DNA of 64,000 nt from Dehalococcoidia bacterium (lineage in GTDB: Bacteria > Chloroflexota > Dehalococcoidia > Plut-88900): NCBI GenBank assembly GCA_965249275.1, contig CBDFLQ010000005.1, positions 1 through 64,000 of the forward strand, in the 5' to 3' direction. Each line of letters starts with the position of its first letter. Position 1 is the stretch's first letter. The position numbers and the translations under genes were made by a program. Of this stretch, positions 28,649 to 38,127 are shown in pieces. Below the pieces are notes generated by a model, which saw only the letters and a list, made by a program, of their open reading frames with translations, had not been told where the DNA came from and searched no databases.

Positions 28649-29824
28649 CTACGTCCCCCGAGGCAGCCCCAGCCCCCGACGCGCGATGATCCCTCTCTGA
28701 ACTTCCGATGTGCCCGAGTAGATGGCTCCGGCCACGACGTTCAGGTAGAAGTCGGGTATCACACCCTCCATCGGAGCATGTTTGGAGCCTTCGGTAAGCT
28801 GGCTCCCGAGACCCAGGATATGGGTGAACGTGTTCGCCACCCGGATCCACATCTCGGAGCCGTACAGTTTGCCTATCGAGGCCTCGTGGTTGGGGACCAG
28901 GCCCGCACCCTGCATCCATGCGATGCGGTAGCACAGCAGCCGGCTCACCTCGATGTCGATGGCACACTCGGCCAGTTTGCCCTGCACCCCCGGCTCTTCG
29001 ATCAGGGTCTTTCCGTTGACCTTCGTCTCCTGGGCGTACCGGGTCACGTCTTCCAATACTTTCCGGGCCCGGCCCGGGTACTCGATGCCCGATCTCTCGA
29101 AGTCCAACGCCGCCATCGCCGCGTACCAGCCCCGGTTCTTTTCGCCCAGCATGTTCTTCTTGGGGACGCGGACGTTGTCGAAGGTGACTTCGTTGAAGTG
29201 GTGTTGGCCCGCCATGGTGATCAGGGGGCGTATGGATATGCCCGGCGTGGCCATGTCCAGCAGGAAGTAGGTGATGCCCCGGTGCTTCGGGGCGTCGGGG
29301 TCGGTGCGGGTGAGGATGTGCATCCAGTTAGCCAGATGGGCGAAGCTAGTCCAGATCTTGCGGCCGTTTATGACATAGTCGTCGCCATCCTCGACGGCGC
29401 GGGTCTGCAGACCGGCGAGGTCCGATCCCGCCTCGGGCTCGCTGAATCCCTGGCACCAGAAGGCGTCGCCTTTGGATATGCGGGTCAGGTGCTCTTTTTT
29501 CTGCTCCTCGGTCCCGTGGATGATGATGGTCGGGCCTATGAAGTCGATGCCCTGGTCCTCGACCTTCTGCGCGCCACGGTGGCTGACCATCTCCTTGAAG
29601 ATAAGCTGCATCACCGGCGTGGCCGCCTGACCGCCGTACTCCTTGGGCCAGGCCATGGTTCTCCAGCCCTTGTCGCCGAACTTGCGGCGCATCTCCATCT
29701 CCTGCCTGCCGACGGCATAGATGTCGGGCTGAGGGTCATCCCAGCCTTCGGGCATCTCGTTTTCCAGGAAGCCGGCGAGCTCTTTCTGAAAGGCCTTTTC
29801 CTCGGTGGTGAGTGCGAAATCCAT
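28649..29824 (-). CDS. Acyl-CoA dehydrogenase, catalytic type
   Basis: Conserved ACAD motifs; DFER. Confidence 0.93.
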   Translation of the reverse strand: MDFALTTEEKAFQKELAGFLENEMPEGWDDPQPDIYAVGRQEMEMRRKFGDKGWRTMAWPKEYGGQAATPVMQLIFKEMVSHRGAQKVEDQGIDFIGPTIIIHGTEEQKKEHLTRISKGDAFWCQGFSEPEAGSDLAGLQTRAVEDGDDYVINGRKIWTSFAHLANWMHILTRTDPDAPKHRGITYFLLDMATPGISIRPLITMAGQHHFNEVTFDNVRVPKKNMLGEKNRGWYAAMAALDFERSGIEYPGRARKVLEDVTRYAQETKVNGKTLIEEPGVQGKLAECAIDIEVSRLLCYRIAWMQGAGLVPNHEASIGKLYGSEMWIRVANTFTHILGLGSQLTEGSKHAPMEGVIPDFYLNVVAGAIYSGTSEVQRGIIARRGLGLPRGT

Positions 29825-29951
29825 AACGGCTCCTTTTTAGGGTGAGGGTATGTGGATATTGTATGCGGAGGGGGGGTGGGGGGCAAACGGGGGGAGGGAT
29901 TCTTGACAGGCAGAAGGCGGATTGCTTAGTCTCCCATTCAGGAGACGCGCT

Positions 29952-30023
29952 GTGCCAACGCTAGAATTTAAGGGTAAGCAGTGCATCTACGCCAATCTCC
30001 TCACAGTGCCCTATCTTCTATGA
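29952..30023 (+). pseudogene. N-terminal remnant resembling a type III RM Mod methyltransferase
   Basis: AGGAG RBS then MPTLEFKGKQCIYANLLTVPYLL-stop. Confidence 0.45.
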
Positions 30024-30099
30024 GCTACCCTGGAGCAGAAAAATTTAGACTCCTTCCCCATCTCATGGCGCCGGCCGTACTACGCTGGAGAAGTGAACT

Positions 30100-30306
30100 A
30101 TGAAAATAACCGTAACAATCGACCGGGATGAAGACGGCGTCTGGATTGTTGAATGCCCTTCAATTCCGGGTTGCGTGAGCCAGGGCGCTACGAAAGATGA
30201 AGCGCTGGTTAATATACGCGAGGCCATAGCCCTCTGCATGGAAGTGCGCGCCGAGCAGGGGTTGCCGTTGACCATAGAGACACAGCAGGTGGAAGTGGCG
30301 TTGTAA
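30100..30306 (+). CDS. hicB: HicB-family antitoxin
   Basis: RDEDGVWIVECPSIPGCVSQGATKDEALVNIREAI. Confidence 0.9.
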   Translation: MKITVTIDRDEDGVWIVECPSIPGCVSQGATKDEALVNIREAIALCMEVRAEQGLPLTIETQQVEVAL

Positions 30307-30527
30307 TGCCCCGCCTGCCGGTCCTGAGCGGCGAGGCTACGGTGCGGAATTTTGAACGCTTCGGCTGGACCGTGGCTCGGCAGCGGTCCAGCCACATAGT
30401 GATGACCAAGCCCGGAGAAATCGCGACCCTTTCAGTGCCGAATCACCCAACCGTAGCTAAAGGCACTCTCCGCAGCTTGATCCGAAGTGCCCGCCTGACA
30501 GTATCCGAATTCTGCGACGCCCTCTAG
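30306..30527 (+). CDS. hicA: HicA-family mRNA interferase
   Basis: GWTVARQRSSHIVM...LSVPNH..VAKGTLRSLI; TAATG coupling to hicB. Confidence 0.9.
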   Translation: MPRLPVLSGEATVRNFERFGWTVARQRSSHIVMTKPGEIATLSVPNHPTVAKGTLRSLIRSARLTVSEFCDAL

Positions 30528-30671
30528 TTCCTCCCGGCGTAAGCAACCGCTCAAAATAACGAGGGGCGCTATATAAGGCTAATCGCCGGGGCCCGGGTGC
30601 GAACGTTTACACCGTCATTCAATGCGGAAGGGGCGGGGTGGGGCAAACGGGGGGGTGGGGCAAACGGGGGG

Positions 30672-31133
30672 TTAGGTGTTCGGTCGGCGGGTGAAGTTGA
30701 TGGCGGCCTCGGGGTTTTTAGACCAGGCAGCGATGCATAGATTGAAGTCGACAGTAAGCACAGGGGTGTTCGCAGAGATTGCTTCCAGCAGTGCGGCATC
30801 GGTGAGGCCAAGCCGGGTAAATGCGGTGTTGGCGGCAGCCTCCTCGCTGGCGATTATCACCTCTTGACTTTGCCGGATCAGGTACCTCAATCTGCTGAAC
30901 AAGAGGGACCGTTCGGGTTCTCGATGCTGGGCCAACAAATTCGACGCTTCAGTAAGAGTATTCGGAGTGACGAATGCCGACTGCACCGTATCGAGCAATG
31001 CGGACAGCTTGTAGTAGTCTTCCGGATCGAACATCTGCAGGCGTCTGTGCTTTCGGATTAGTTCCGGCCCTACGTCTCCTACGATAAGCAGCACCAGTAG
31101 ATTCGAATCAATGAAGTAGCCCGCCGGAGGCAT
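30672..31133 (-). CDS. PIN-domain protein
   Basis: FIDSNLL, TPNTLTE, LGLTDAALL, VLTVDFNL. Confidence 0.85.
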   Translation of the reverse strand: MPPAGYFIDSNLLVLLIVGDVGPELIRKHRRLQMFDPEDYYKLSALLDTVQSAFVTPNTLTEASNLLAQHREPERSLLFSRLRYLIRQSQEVIIASEEAAANTAFTRLGLTDAALLEAISANTPVLTVDFNLCIAAWSKNPEAAINFTRRPNT

Positions 31134-31137
31134 CCGG

Positions 31138-31434
31138 TCAGTCCCGGGTGACGAGTATTCGGTCCTTGAGAGACTCTACCTCGCCGGTTGTGTCGCTTAT
31201 TCGGATGACCTTATAGGAGCGGTCTCGGAAGTTATGTCCGAGACCCTCGTCTTCCAAGGCCATAAGGGTCTGGTTTCTGCGAAACCAAGGCCGTTGAAAC
31301 CCGACGGTGATCATCCAACTATTCGAAGATTCTTCGAACACCACTTCTTCGAGGCCGAGCCTGGTGATCTGCTCTCCTTGGTACAGGTCTGCGGCATATT
31401 CCTTGGCGATTCGCACCGCTTCCTTTACGTCCAT
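31138..31434 (-). CDS. Small protein upstream of the PIN gene (probable antitoxin partner)
   Basis: MDVKEAVRIAKEY...LEEV; 4-nt gap to the PIN gene. Confidence 0.65.
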   Translation of the reverse strand: MDVKEAVRIAKEYAADLYQGEQITRLGLEEVVFEESSNSWMITVGFQRPWFRRNQTLMALEDEGLGHNFRDRSYKVIRISDTTGEVESLKDRILVTRD

Positions 31435-31777
31435 TGTGGCGCTTCCTTTCAAGAGCATATGCGCGATGTAATTGATTGTATTCCGAAGGGGCAGGGTCGA
31501 GGTAGGCCGCCATCGGGAAATGATCTAGTCGCAACTCTCTCGACGAGCTACACCTGATTCTTACATTCACAAGGTAATACTCTTAGGCTATTCAGTCAAA
31601 GGCTTTGCGGGGACTGTAGATGTCCCACATTCAAGCCTAAATCGCATCTCCGACCTAGCGGGGCCTCAGAATGATAGGGATTGAGGCGCGCCAAGAAGAG
31701 ATGCGCAATTGCGCGAATGGTGCATCCCGCGGGCGAAGGCAGTTTGGGGAAACCTCCGACTTGCGTCGGACAGCCCC

Positions 31778-32956
31778 CTAAGCCCCCCTCGGGAGACCGA
31801 GGCCCCGGGTTGCGACTACGTTGCGCTGGATCTCCTGGGAACCCGACTCAATGGTATAGGGCACCGAGAACAGGTACTGGTTCGAGATGAACCCCTGGAG
31901 CTCAGCGTACTTGGAGCCTTTCTCCAGCTGTCCCTTCAAACCCATAACCTCCATCCCCACGCGGGCCAACTTCTGCGACGTCTGGGTGCTTATCAGCCTG
32001 AGTAACGATGCCTCCATGTTGGGCACCATGCCCTCGCCCTGCATCCAGGCGATGCGGTAGGCCATCATCCGGGAAGTCTCCAGGGACACCGCCACGTCGG
32101 CGAGCTTGTGTCGGATCCGGGGGTCGGCGGCTAGAGGCTTGCCGTTGTGGCTCGTTTCGTTGGCGTAGCGAATGAGCAGGTCGAGGATGCGCTTGCCCCC
32201 GGCGGGGTGGTTTATCCCGGTCCTTTCGAAGTCCAGCAGGGTCATGGCCACATACCAGCCCCGGTTCACCTCTCCGAGCACGTTCTGCTTCGGAATCCGG
32301 ACGTTGTCGAAGAACTCCTCGTTGAAGGAGCTTTCACCGCTCATCTCCTGGATGGGCCGTACGGTGATGCCGGGAGTGTCCATGTCCAGAAGGAGGAAGG
32401 TTATGCCCCGATGCTTCACGGCGCTGGTGTCCGTGCGGGCGAGAAGGAACATGTGGTCGGCGTACTGCGCGTAGCTCGACCAGATTTTCTGTCCGTTGAT
32501 CACGTATTCATCGCCGTCTTCCACAGCGCGGGTCTGCAGCGACGCAAGGTCGGACCCCGAGCCCGGCTCGCTGAATCCCTGGCACCAAACCACCTCACCC
32601 TTGGCTATGTCGCCCAGGTAGGCCCTCTTCTGCTCCTCCGTGCCGTGGACCATCAGGGTCGGGCCCAGGAGGTTGAGGCCGAAGGAGTCGAGGCCCGGGG
32701 CGCCGCGGTATTCCCACTCCTCATTAAAAATGAGCTGGGTCATGGGAGATGCGCCCTGGCCGCCATACTCCTTGGGCCAGCCTATGGTGTTCCAGCCCTT
32801 TTCGGCCAGCATCTTCCGCCACTTCATCTCCGTACCCTGATCGACGTTGGCAAAAGATATGGGGCCGCCAATCCAGTCGGAGGGCAGCTCCTTGTCGAGG
32901 AAGTCCCTGACCTCCTGGCGAAAGGCTACTTGTTCTTCAGTCAGGTGCAAGTCCAT
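31778..32956 (-). CDS. Acyl-CoA dehydrogenase, catalytic type
   Basis: Conserved ACAD motifs; DFER. Confidence 0.93.
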   Translation of the reverse strand: MDLHLTEEQVAFRQEVRDFLDKELPSDWIGGPISFANVDQGTEMKWRKMLAEKGWNTIGWPKEYGGQGASPMTQLIFNEEWEYRGAPGLDSFGLNLLGPTLMVHGTEEQKRAYLGDIAKGEVVWCQGFSEPGSGSDLASLQTRAVEDGDEYVINGQKIWSSYAQYADHMFLLARTDTSAVKHRGITFLLLDMDTPGITVRPIQEMSGESSFNEEFFDNVRIPKQNVLGEVNRGWYVAMTLLDFERTGINHPAGGKRILDLLIRYANETSHNGKPLAADPRIRHKLADVAVSLETSRMMAYRIAWMQGEGMVPNMEASLLRLISTQTSQKLARVGMEVMGLKGQLEKGSKYAELQGFISNQYLFSVPYTIESGSQEIQRNVVATRGLGLPRGA

Positions 32957-32985
32957 GTTTTCTCTCCTTGTGGGGCGTCGATGCC

Positions 32986-34131
32986 TTAGAGATTGTAAAG
33001 CCGGATGGCGTTTTCTCCCAGGACCTTGGCCTGGTCGGGCTCCGGGAGGGGGCTGAGTGTCTGTTTAATTGTATTGACGGGGTCCGAGTGGCCTTCTGAG
33101 TGCGGGTAGTCGGACGCCCATACGAACCGGTCGGCCTGGAGCCTTTCGATCATTGGCAGCGCCAGGTCCTCGTCGGGGTCCATGGAGATCCAGCACTGGT
33201 TTCGAAAATACTCGCTGGGCATGAGCTTCATGGGAGTGGTGAAATGGAACTGCTCGGATGTGTGGTCCATCCGCTCCAGCCACCAGGCTATCCATCCACA
33301 GCCGCTCTCCAGCACCGCCACCTTGAGGTCCGGGAACCGATCAAATACTCCCCCTTCGAAAAGGGTCGTAAAGGCGATCATCACGTTTCCGGGGGCCATG
33401 ACGTTGGTGAACCACCAGGGGGTTGGCGGGTAGTCCGGCGACTCGGGGATGGGGTAGAGATGGCTGCCGGGGAAACTGGGGTCGCCGACCACATGAAGAC
33501 CGATGGGAACCCCCTGGCCCTGGGCCTCGGCCCAGAACGGGTCGAAGTAGACATCTCCATAAGGGCGTCCGTTCACCGAGTTAGCGCTCAGCATCATACA
33601 TTTTGCCCCAAGACGCCCCGCCCGAGCCAGCTCGGTAACCGCTCCCTCCACCTCGATCATGGAGATCATGGCCACGGGTATCAATCGCTCGGGATAGGGC
33701 TCGCAGAAGTCGAAGAGCCAGTTGTTGTAGGCCCGACAGTAGGCCTCGGCGACATCCGCCTGCCGGCACTCGGCCTGCCAGCTAAGCCCAAGCGATGGAT
33801 ACAGGACAGCCACGTCTATGCCGTCCTCGTTCAGCACCTTGATCCGCTCGTGGGGGTCCACGGCGCCCTGCACGATGCCCTCTTCGTAGGTGACCATTCC
33901 CGGAGTGAGAAGGGGTACCAGGTCCTGGTCGATAGAGCAGATCCGACCCAAAGTGCCGCCCTGAAGGAGCAGCCCCACCGGCTTTTGCCCGTTAACCGAA
34001 AGGTATTCCAGGCCCTGGTCGTCCTTCGTCAACCGCATGGCCAGGTGACGGTACTCGGGATCGATGTACCGCTCCCAGAGGTCCGGGGGCTCGGTCACGT
34101 GGGCGTCGGCGTCTACTATCGTGGTATTCAC
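32986..34131 (-). CDS. Amidohydrolase_2 family protein
   Basis: DADAH, AYNNWL, GLH, ESGCGW, WASDYPH. Confidence 0.9.
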   Translation of the reverse strand: MNTTIVDADAHVTEPPDLWERYIDPEYRHLAMRLTKDDQGLEYLSVNGQKPVGLLLQGGTLGRICSIDQDLVPLLTPGMVTYEEGIVQGAVDPHERIKVLNEDGIDVAVLYPSLGLSWQAECRQADVAEAYCRAYNNWLFDFCEPYPERLIPVAMISMIEVEGAVTELARAGRLGAKCMMLSANSVNGRPYGDVYFDPFWAEAQGQGVPIGLHVVGDPSFPGSHLYPIPESPDYPPTPWWFTNVMAPGNVMIAFTTLFEGGVFDRFPDLKVAVLESGCGWIAWWLERMDHTSEQFHFTTPMKLMPSEYFRNQCWISMDPDEDLALPMIERLQADRFVWASDYPHSEGHSDPVNTIKQTLSPLPEPDQAKVLGENAIRLYNL

Positions 34132-34220
34132 ACCTTTGACCTGTATATCGACAACATATGGCTCTACGCACCGGCGAAGTGGCCGGTTCGTAAAGCCGTG
34201 GAAAGGTCCCTGCGGGTTCG

Positions 34221-34460
34221 CTAGGGCAAGGACACGGCGAGACAGGTCACTGTCTTGACGACACTGCCAACTGCGTGGACCTTGTTGGTAACCAGCTCGC
34301 CTATAGTGTTGACGTCCTCGGCTTCCAGGACGACTATCACGTCGTATGGCCCGACCACGGCATCCACTGACGTCACACCAGTGACATTCCTCAGGTTCTT
34401 GACGACGGTATTAGTCGTCCCTACTGCGGTCTCGATGAGAACGAAGGCCTTATTTGCCAT
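34221..34460 (-). CDS. Stand-alone Lrp/AsnC ligand-binding domain protein
   Basis: KAFVLI...V.GPYDVIV...KTVTC. Confidence 0.85.
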   Translation of the reverse strand: MANKAFVLIETAVGTTNTVVKNLRNVTGVTSVDAVVGPYDVIVVLEAEDVNTIGELVTNKVHAVGSVVKTVTCLAVSLP

Positions 34461-34619
34461 TTGCCCCTCCCCTTGGGCTCGGGGCCAGCGCCCCTGTAGG
34501 TGTCCGCATTCTATTCCGTACGGAAAAAAGGTGTCAAACCGCGTTTGACCGCGCGCTTCTCACACCGGAATTACATACAAGTATGACCGTTCACTCTCTG
34601 CAACCAACCCTTCCATGCC

Positions 34620-34640
34620 TGCGTCCAGAAGCGCGGTTAC
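34620..34640 (-). pseudogene. vapC toxin stub
   Basis: GTA-ACC-GCG-CTT-CTG-GAC (xTALLD) overlapping the vapB stop, then unrelated sequence. Confidence 0.5.
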
Positions 34641-34864
34641 GGCCAGTCGACCAACGCTCTATAGACATCCTCACTGGTGACTGGTTCGGCATCAGCGACG
34701 ACGGCAAACACTGTCCCGTCCCCATTATCCTCACTGTTGGCTGCCCCCCTGAAGCCGCGCCGCGCCAATTCTGACAAAGCACTCCCGAGACTACACCCCG
34801 TCCGCTCGGCTAACGCCCGTGCTACAGCCAGCACGTCGTCGTCGATATTCAGTGTAGTCCGCAC
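34637..34864 (-). CDS. VapB-like ribbon-helix-helix antitoxin (orphan)
   Basis: MRTTLNIDDDVL..AR.LA...SLG.ALSELARRG...VTSEDV. Confidence 0.85.
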   Translation of the reverse strand: MRTTLNIDDDVLAVARALAERTGCSLGSALSELARRGFRGAANSEDNGDGTVFAVVADAEPVTSEDVYRALVDWP

Positions 34865-35263
34865 CTCTGAATCATAGCATCAACCTGTTAATCCTCCTCT
34901 TTTGCGATCTCTGTATTCGTAGGAATCCACTTCTCCACACACTTTCCGACGCTCCAGAGCCACACTCTCAGCAGTTCAGCAAGAGCAGCACCGGCTCATT
35001 TCTTCAATCTTCGCGAATGTGGCCACCCAGCCCGCTCACCCTGAGGCACTCGAAGGGTCGAGCGGTGTCTCGCATTCCTGGCCGCTACAGCAGACCTCCC
35101 CCACCCCCCGCCCTCGACCATCTATTCTCAATCCCGAATCGCCCCCACACCCCACTCCCCCCGAGACTCTCAAAGGGTCGCACAGCGCAAAGTGAGCGTA
35201 TTGTTAACGGTACGGTGCTGATATAGGATGCAGTCCAGCAGAAACTAAGTGGAGGAACACAAC

Positions 35264-35659
35264 ATGGGTATATCACTGGCAGAAGCCAACAAGATGTGCG
35301 AAGTAGCTATGGCCAAGGCGGATGAGTTGGGCATAAAGATTAGCGCCGCCGTCTGCGATTCTGGAGGACGACTGATAGCCTTCAACCGCATGGACGGGGC
35401 TTTCTGGGCCAGCGTTTACGGGTCCCAGGGCAAGGCAACAGCCTCTACGGCATTTGGCCGGGCCAGCGTGCAGCTGATGGAGAGGGCCGATCACCCGACC
35501 ATCCGAGGCATCATCGCCGCCGACGACGGTCGCATGATCCCCGGCCAGGGCGCGATCCCCGTCATCAGGAACAGCGTCGTTGAGGGTGCCTGCGGAGTCG
35601 GGGGCGGCACGGGTGAGGAAGACGAGGTCTGCGCCCAGGCTGCTGTAGACGCACTCTAA
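35264..35659 (+). CDS. GlcG/HbpS heme-binding family protein
   Basis: AVCDSGG.L.AF.RMDGA, KA.ASTAF, GACGVGGG..EEDE. Confidence 0.88.
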   Translation: MGISLAEANKMCEVAMAKADELGIKISAAVCDSGGRLIAFNRMDGAFWASVYGSQGKATASTAFGRASVQLMERADHPTIRGIIAADDGRMIPGQGAIPVIRNSVVEGACGVGGGTGEEDEVCAQAAVDAL

Positions 35660-35747
35660 ACCCCCGCTCACCCTAAGCTAGCTGCAAGTGGAACACCCGC
35701 CTCTGGAGGGTCCGCCTGTAGAGGATCGAAGGGTCGAGCGGTGAAAT

Positions 35748-36158
35748 CTACCCGGCCCGGTCTAAAGCAACGACCGGGATTTTCCGGGTGGTATTCTTCT
35801 CGTAGTCGGCGAACTGGGGAAGCAGGGCGGCCTGCTTTGAATAGATCGCCTCACGTTCCGGGTCGGGGAGGGCCGTAGCTTTAGCATGGAAGGTCTCGGC
35901 GCCGATTTCGACGGTCACGGTAGGGTTCGCTACCAGGTTGTGGTACCAGCCGGGACTGGCAGGGGCACCGGATTTTGACGCGAACACATGGATTCGGCCA
36001 CTGTCGTCGAGATAGAGCATCGGGGTTACGTACGTCTTGGCGCTCTTTGCCCCGATGGTAGTAAGCAACAGGAGCGGCATGCCTTCAAAGTAACCGCCGA
36101 CCTTGCCACCGTTCCCACGGAACTCTTTAATCACTGACTCATTTGAGAAATCTGCCAT
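35748..36158 (-). CDS. F420-dependent nitroreductase family (Ddn-like)
   Basis: LLLLTTIGAKS, ASKSG...PGWYHNLVANP, YEKNTTRKIPVV. Confidence 0.92.
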   Translation of the reverse strand: MADFSNESVIKEFRGNGGKVGGYFEGMPLLLLTTIGAKSAKTYVTPMLYLDDSGRIHVFASKSGAPASPGWYHNLVANPTVTVEIGAETFHAKATALPDPEREAIYSKQAALLPQFADYEKNTTRKIPVVALDRAG

Positions 36159-36505
36159 CGTAAGTGAACGCCTTTATTCACGATTCCGGCTCGGGAGCCG
36201 GGATCGGATAATCCATCCATTTATCAGTGAAAGTTTAGCGTATTTTGAGACAGACACTGCCGAGACCGGCCAACGGACATCGCCCCGCTCATCCTGAGCT
36301 TAGTCGAAGGGTCGAGCGGAGGCCCGCAAACCTGGCCGCTTCAACAGGCCTTCCCCACACCCCGCTCATACTTCGACGGGCTCAGCACGAGCGGCCCCTC
36401 CAGTCCCTATTGCTATTCGCCTTGGTAAGCCACCCACGCCGCACGCCCTTACTTAGTCAATGGGTCGAGCGGAGGGACAGAGAGCACGTGAACGGCCCCC
36501 GACGT

Positions 36506-37423
36506 CTAGTCCAGCAATGCGGCTTGCGCGGCCAGAACTTCTGCTTGAGACAACCTCGCCTCTGCGTGTTTAACATATGCCGGGTTGACTTCGTAGCCGA
36601 CATACCGGCGTTTGGTATGCACTGCAGCCTCGGCAGTCGTGCCCGACCCCATGAACGGGTCCAGCACGATGTCTCCGACAAAGGAGTACAGCTCGATCAG
36701 TCTCAGTGGAAGCTCGACGGGGAAGGGGGCGGGGTGGTTGGCCTTTCTCGCGCTGGCTGCGGGAAAACGCCAGATGCTCTTCGTGTATTCCAGGAACTCA
36801 TCCCGGCCTACGCTATTCTCCCCCGTCACCCGACGCTTGTACGCATCCTTGCAGAAGACCAGGATGTATTCGTGGACGTCCCGCAAGACCGGGTTGCTCG
36901 CCGACCTCCAGCTCCCCCACGCGCATGACGAGCCTGCGCTGGCGCCCTTGTCCCAGATGATCTCGCCGCGCATCTGGAACCCGCACTCACGGGCGATGTC
37001 CATCAGGTAGGCGTGGAACGGTATGTAGGGAGTCCGCCCGACGTTGGCGATGTTGACACACGCGCGTCCGCCCCTCACGAGAGTACGGTAAGTCTCCTTC
37101 AAGACGTGGGCCAGCATGTCCAGATATTCAGTCAGTGAAAGGTCGGCGTCATATTCCTTGGTTGCGTTGTAGGGTGGAGACGTGATCATCAAGTGAACGG
37201 AGTTGTCGGGAAGGTGGTACATGTCCCGAGCGTCGGCGCAGTGGATGACGTCCAGCCGGTCAGGGATGTTCTCTTGGTAGTTGGTCTGACTTTTGTCCGA
37301 GTCTCGCAAACCTTTGTAGAGGGGTTGGTCGTAGAAAGCCCGGGAGTCGTGGCCCTCCCGGCTCACCGTGCCGAAGGAGGAGGTTTTGCTGCGCTTTACA
37401 GTACGTCCCATAGGCCTATCCAA
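36506..37423 (-). CDS. DNA N4/N6-methyltransferase, beta class
   Basis: ITSPPY, HPAPFP, VLDPFMGSGTT. Confidence 0.93.
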   Translation of the reverse strand: MDRPMGRTVKRSKTSSFGTVSREGHDSRAFYDQPLYKGLRDSDKSQTNYQENIPDRLDVIHCADARDMYHLPDNSVHLMITSPPYNATKEYDADLSLTEYLDMLAHVLKETYRTLVRGGRACVNIANVGRTPYIPFHAYLMDIARECGFQMRGEIIWDKGASAGSSCAWGSWRSASNPVLRDVHEYILVFCKDAYKRRVTGENSVGRDEFLEYTKSIWRFPAASARKANHPAPFPVELPLRLIELYSFVGDIVLDPFMGSGTTAEAAVHTKRRYVGYEVNPAYVKHAEARLSQAEVLAAQAALLD

Positions 37424-38049
37424 CGATCATACAAGGCTCGTTCCACCAAAAGTGACTTGTCTCGCTTCCAATCTATCGTTAACGATTGAGTGTCCTGATG
37501 GGCTTGTAGGAGATGCATCGCTGTCTTTGAGAATTCCACTCCCCGAGGATTTGTTCCCCTGGGTGGAGCTTTTGTGTAGTTGATAATCGTCAATCGTTCT
37601 AATGTCGCTCGTTGCACATGTTCAGGAATCAGAAAGAATCTTCCCGTCTTGCCCCAGATTATGTTGATGTAGAGTAGATCGCTGGCTGGCAAGTAAGTCC
37701 GAAGAAAGGCTTCGATCTTGTTCCAGTCCACCGTCCAAACCAGCTTTACTCCGGTGAGGCCCTTAGATGACTTCGTCTTTATTGATAGGGGTTGTTTGTT
37801 GACCAGGACGTCTAATTCCGGTGAATTGCTTGGCGGAAATTCCACGCTCTTAGAGCCATACACATACATGAACAGTGCTATGAGCACCCGTTCCCGCGCA
37901 GTCCCGACCTCCATCCCCAGCTTATTGCCCCGCCTGTTCTCCAACTCTACCATGTTAAACAGAGTCGGCAAAACCTTCTGAATCTTCTCTTTGTAGGGAG
38001 AGCAAAACAGTTCATGCCCAAATGGGAGAGTGGGGTTTTGCGTTTCTAT
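37396..38049 (-). CDS. ThaI-family type II restriction endonuclease (start uncertain: ATA 38049 or TTG 37971)
   Basis: ELENRRGNKLGMEVGTARERVLIA, DV...LSIKT, GTNPRGVE; overlaps the methyltransferase. Confidence 0.75.
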   Translation of the reverse strand: METQNPTLPFGHELFCSPYKEKIQKVLPTLFNMVELENRRGNKLGMEVGTARERVLIALFMYVYGSKSVEFPPSNSPELDVLVNKQPLSIKTKSSKGLTGVKLVWTVDWNKIEAFLRTYLPASDLLYINIIWGKTGRFFLIPEHVQRATLERLTIINYTKAPPRGTNPRGVEFSKTAMHLLQAHQDTQSLTIDWKRDKSLLVERALYDRWIGLWDVL

Positions 38050-38127
38050 TGTCTATCCCCCATATGTGAGCAAGCAGCCTTCGGATCACCCTCACTCTAG
38101 CTCTCCCACATCAAGGGGAGCACCCCC

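Noticed and set aside
8957-32956. Integron-like cassette array within the ACAD cluster
   Set aside because: No integron integrase or attC-type structure; cargo genes lie in both orientations.
8990-34224. Long antisense ORFs opposite ACAD and amidohydrolase genes (e.g. 8990-10135, 22976-23950, 28601-29845, 33100-34224)
   Set aside because: Shadow ORFs expected from high-GC codon bias; no recognisable motifs.
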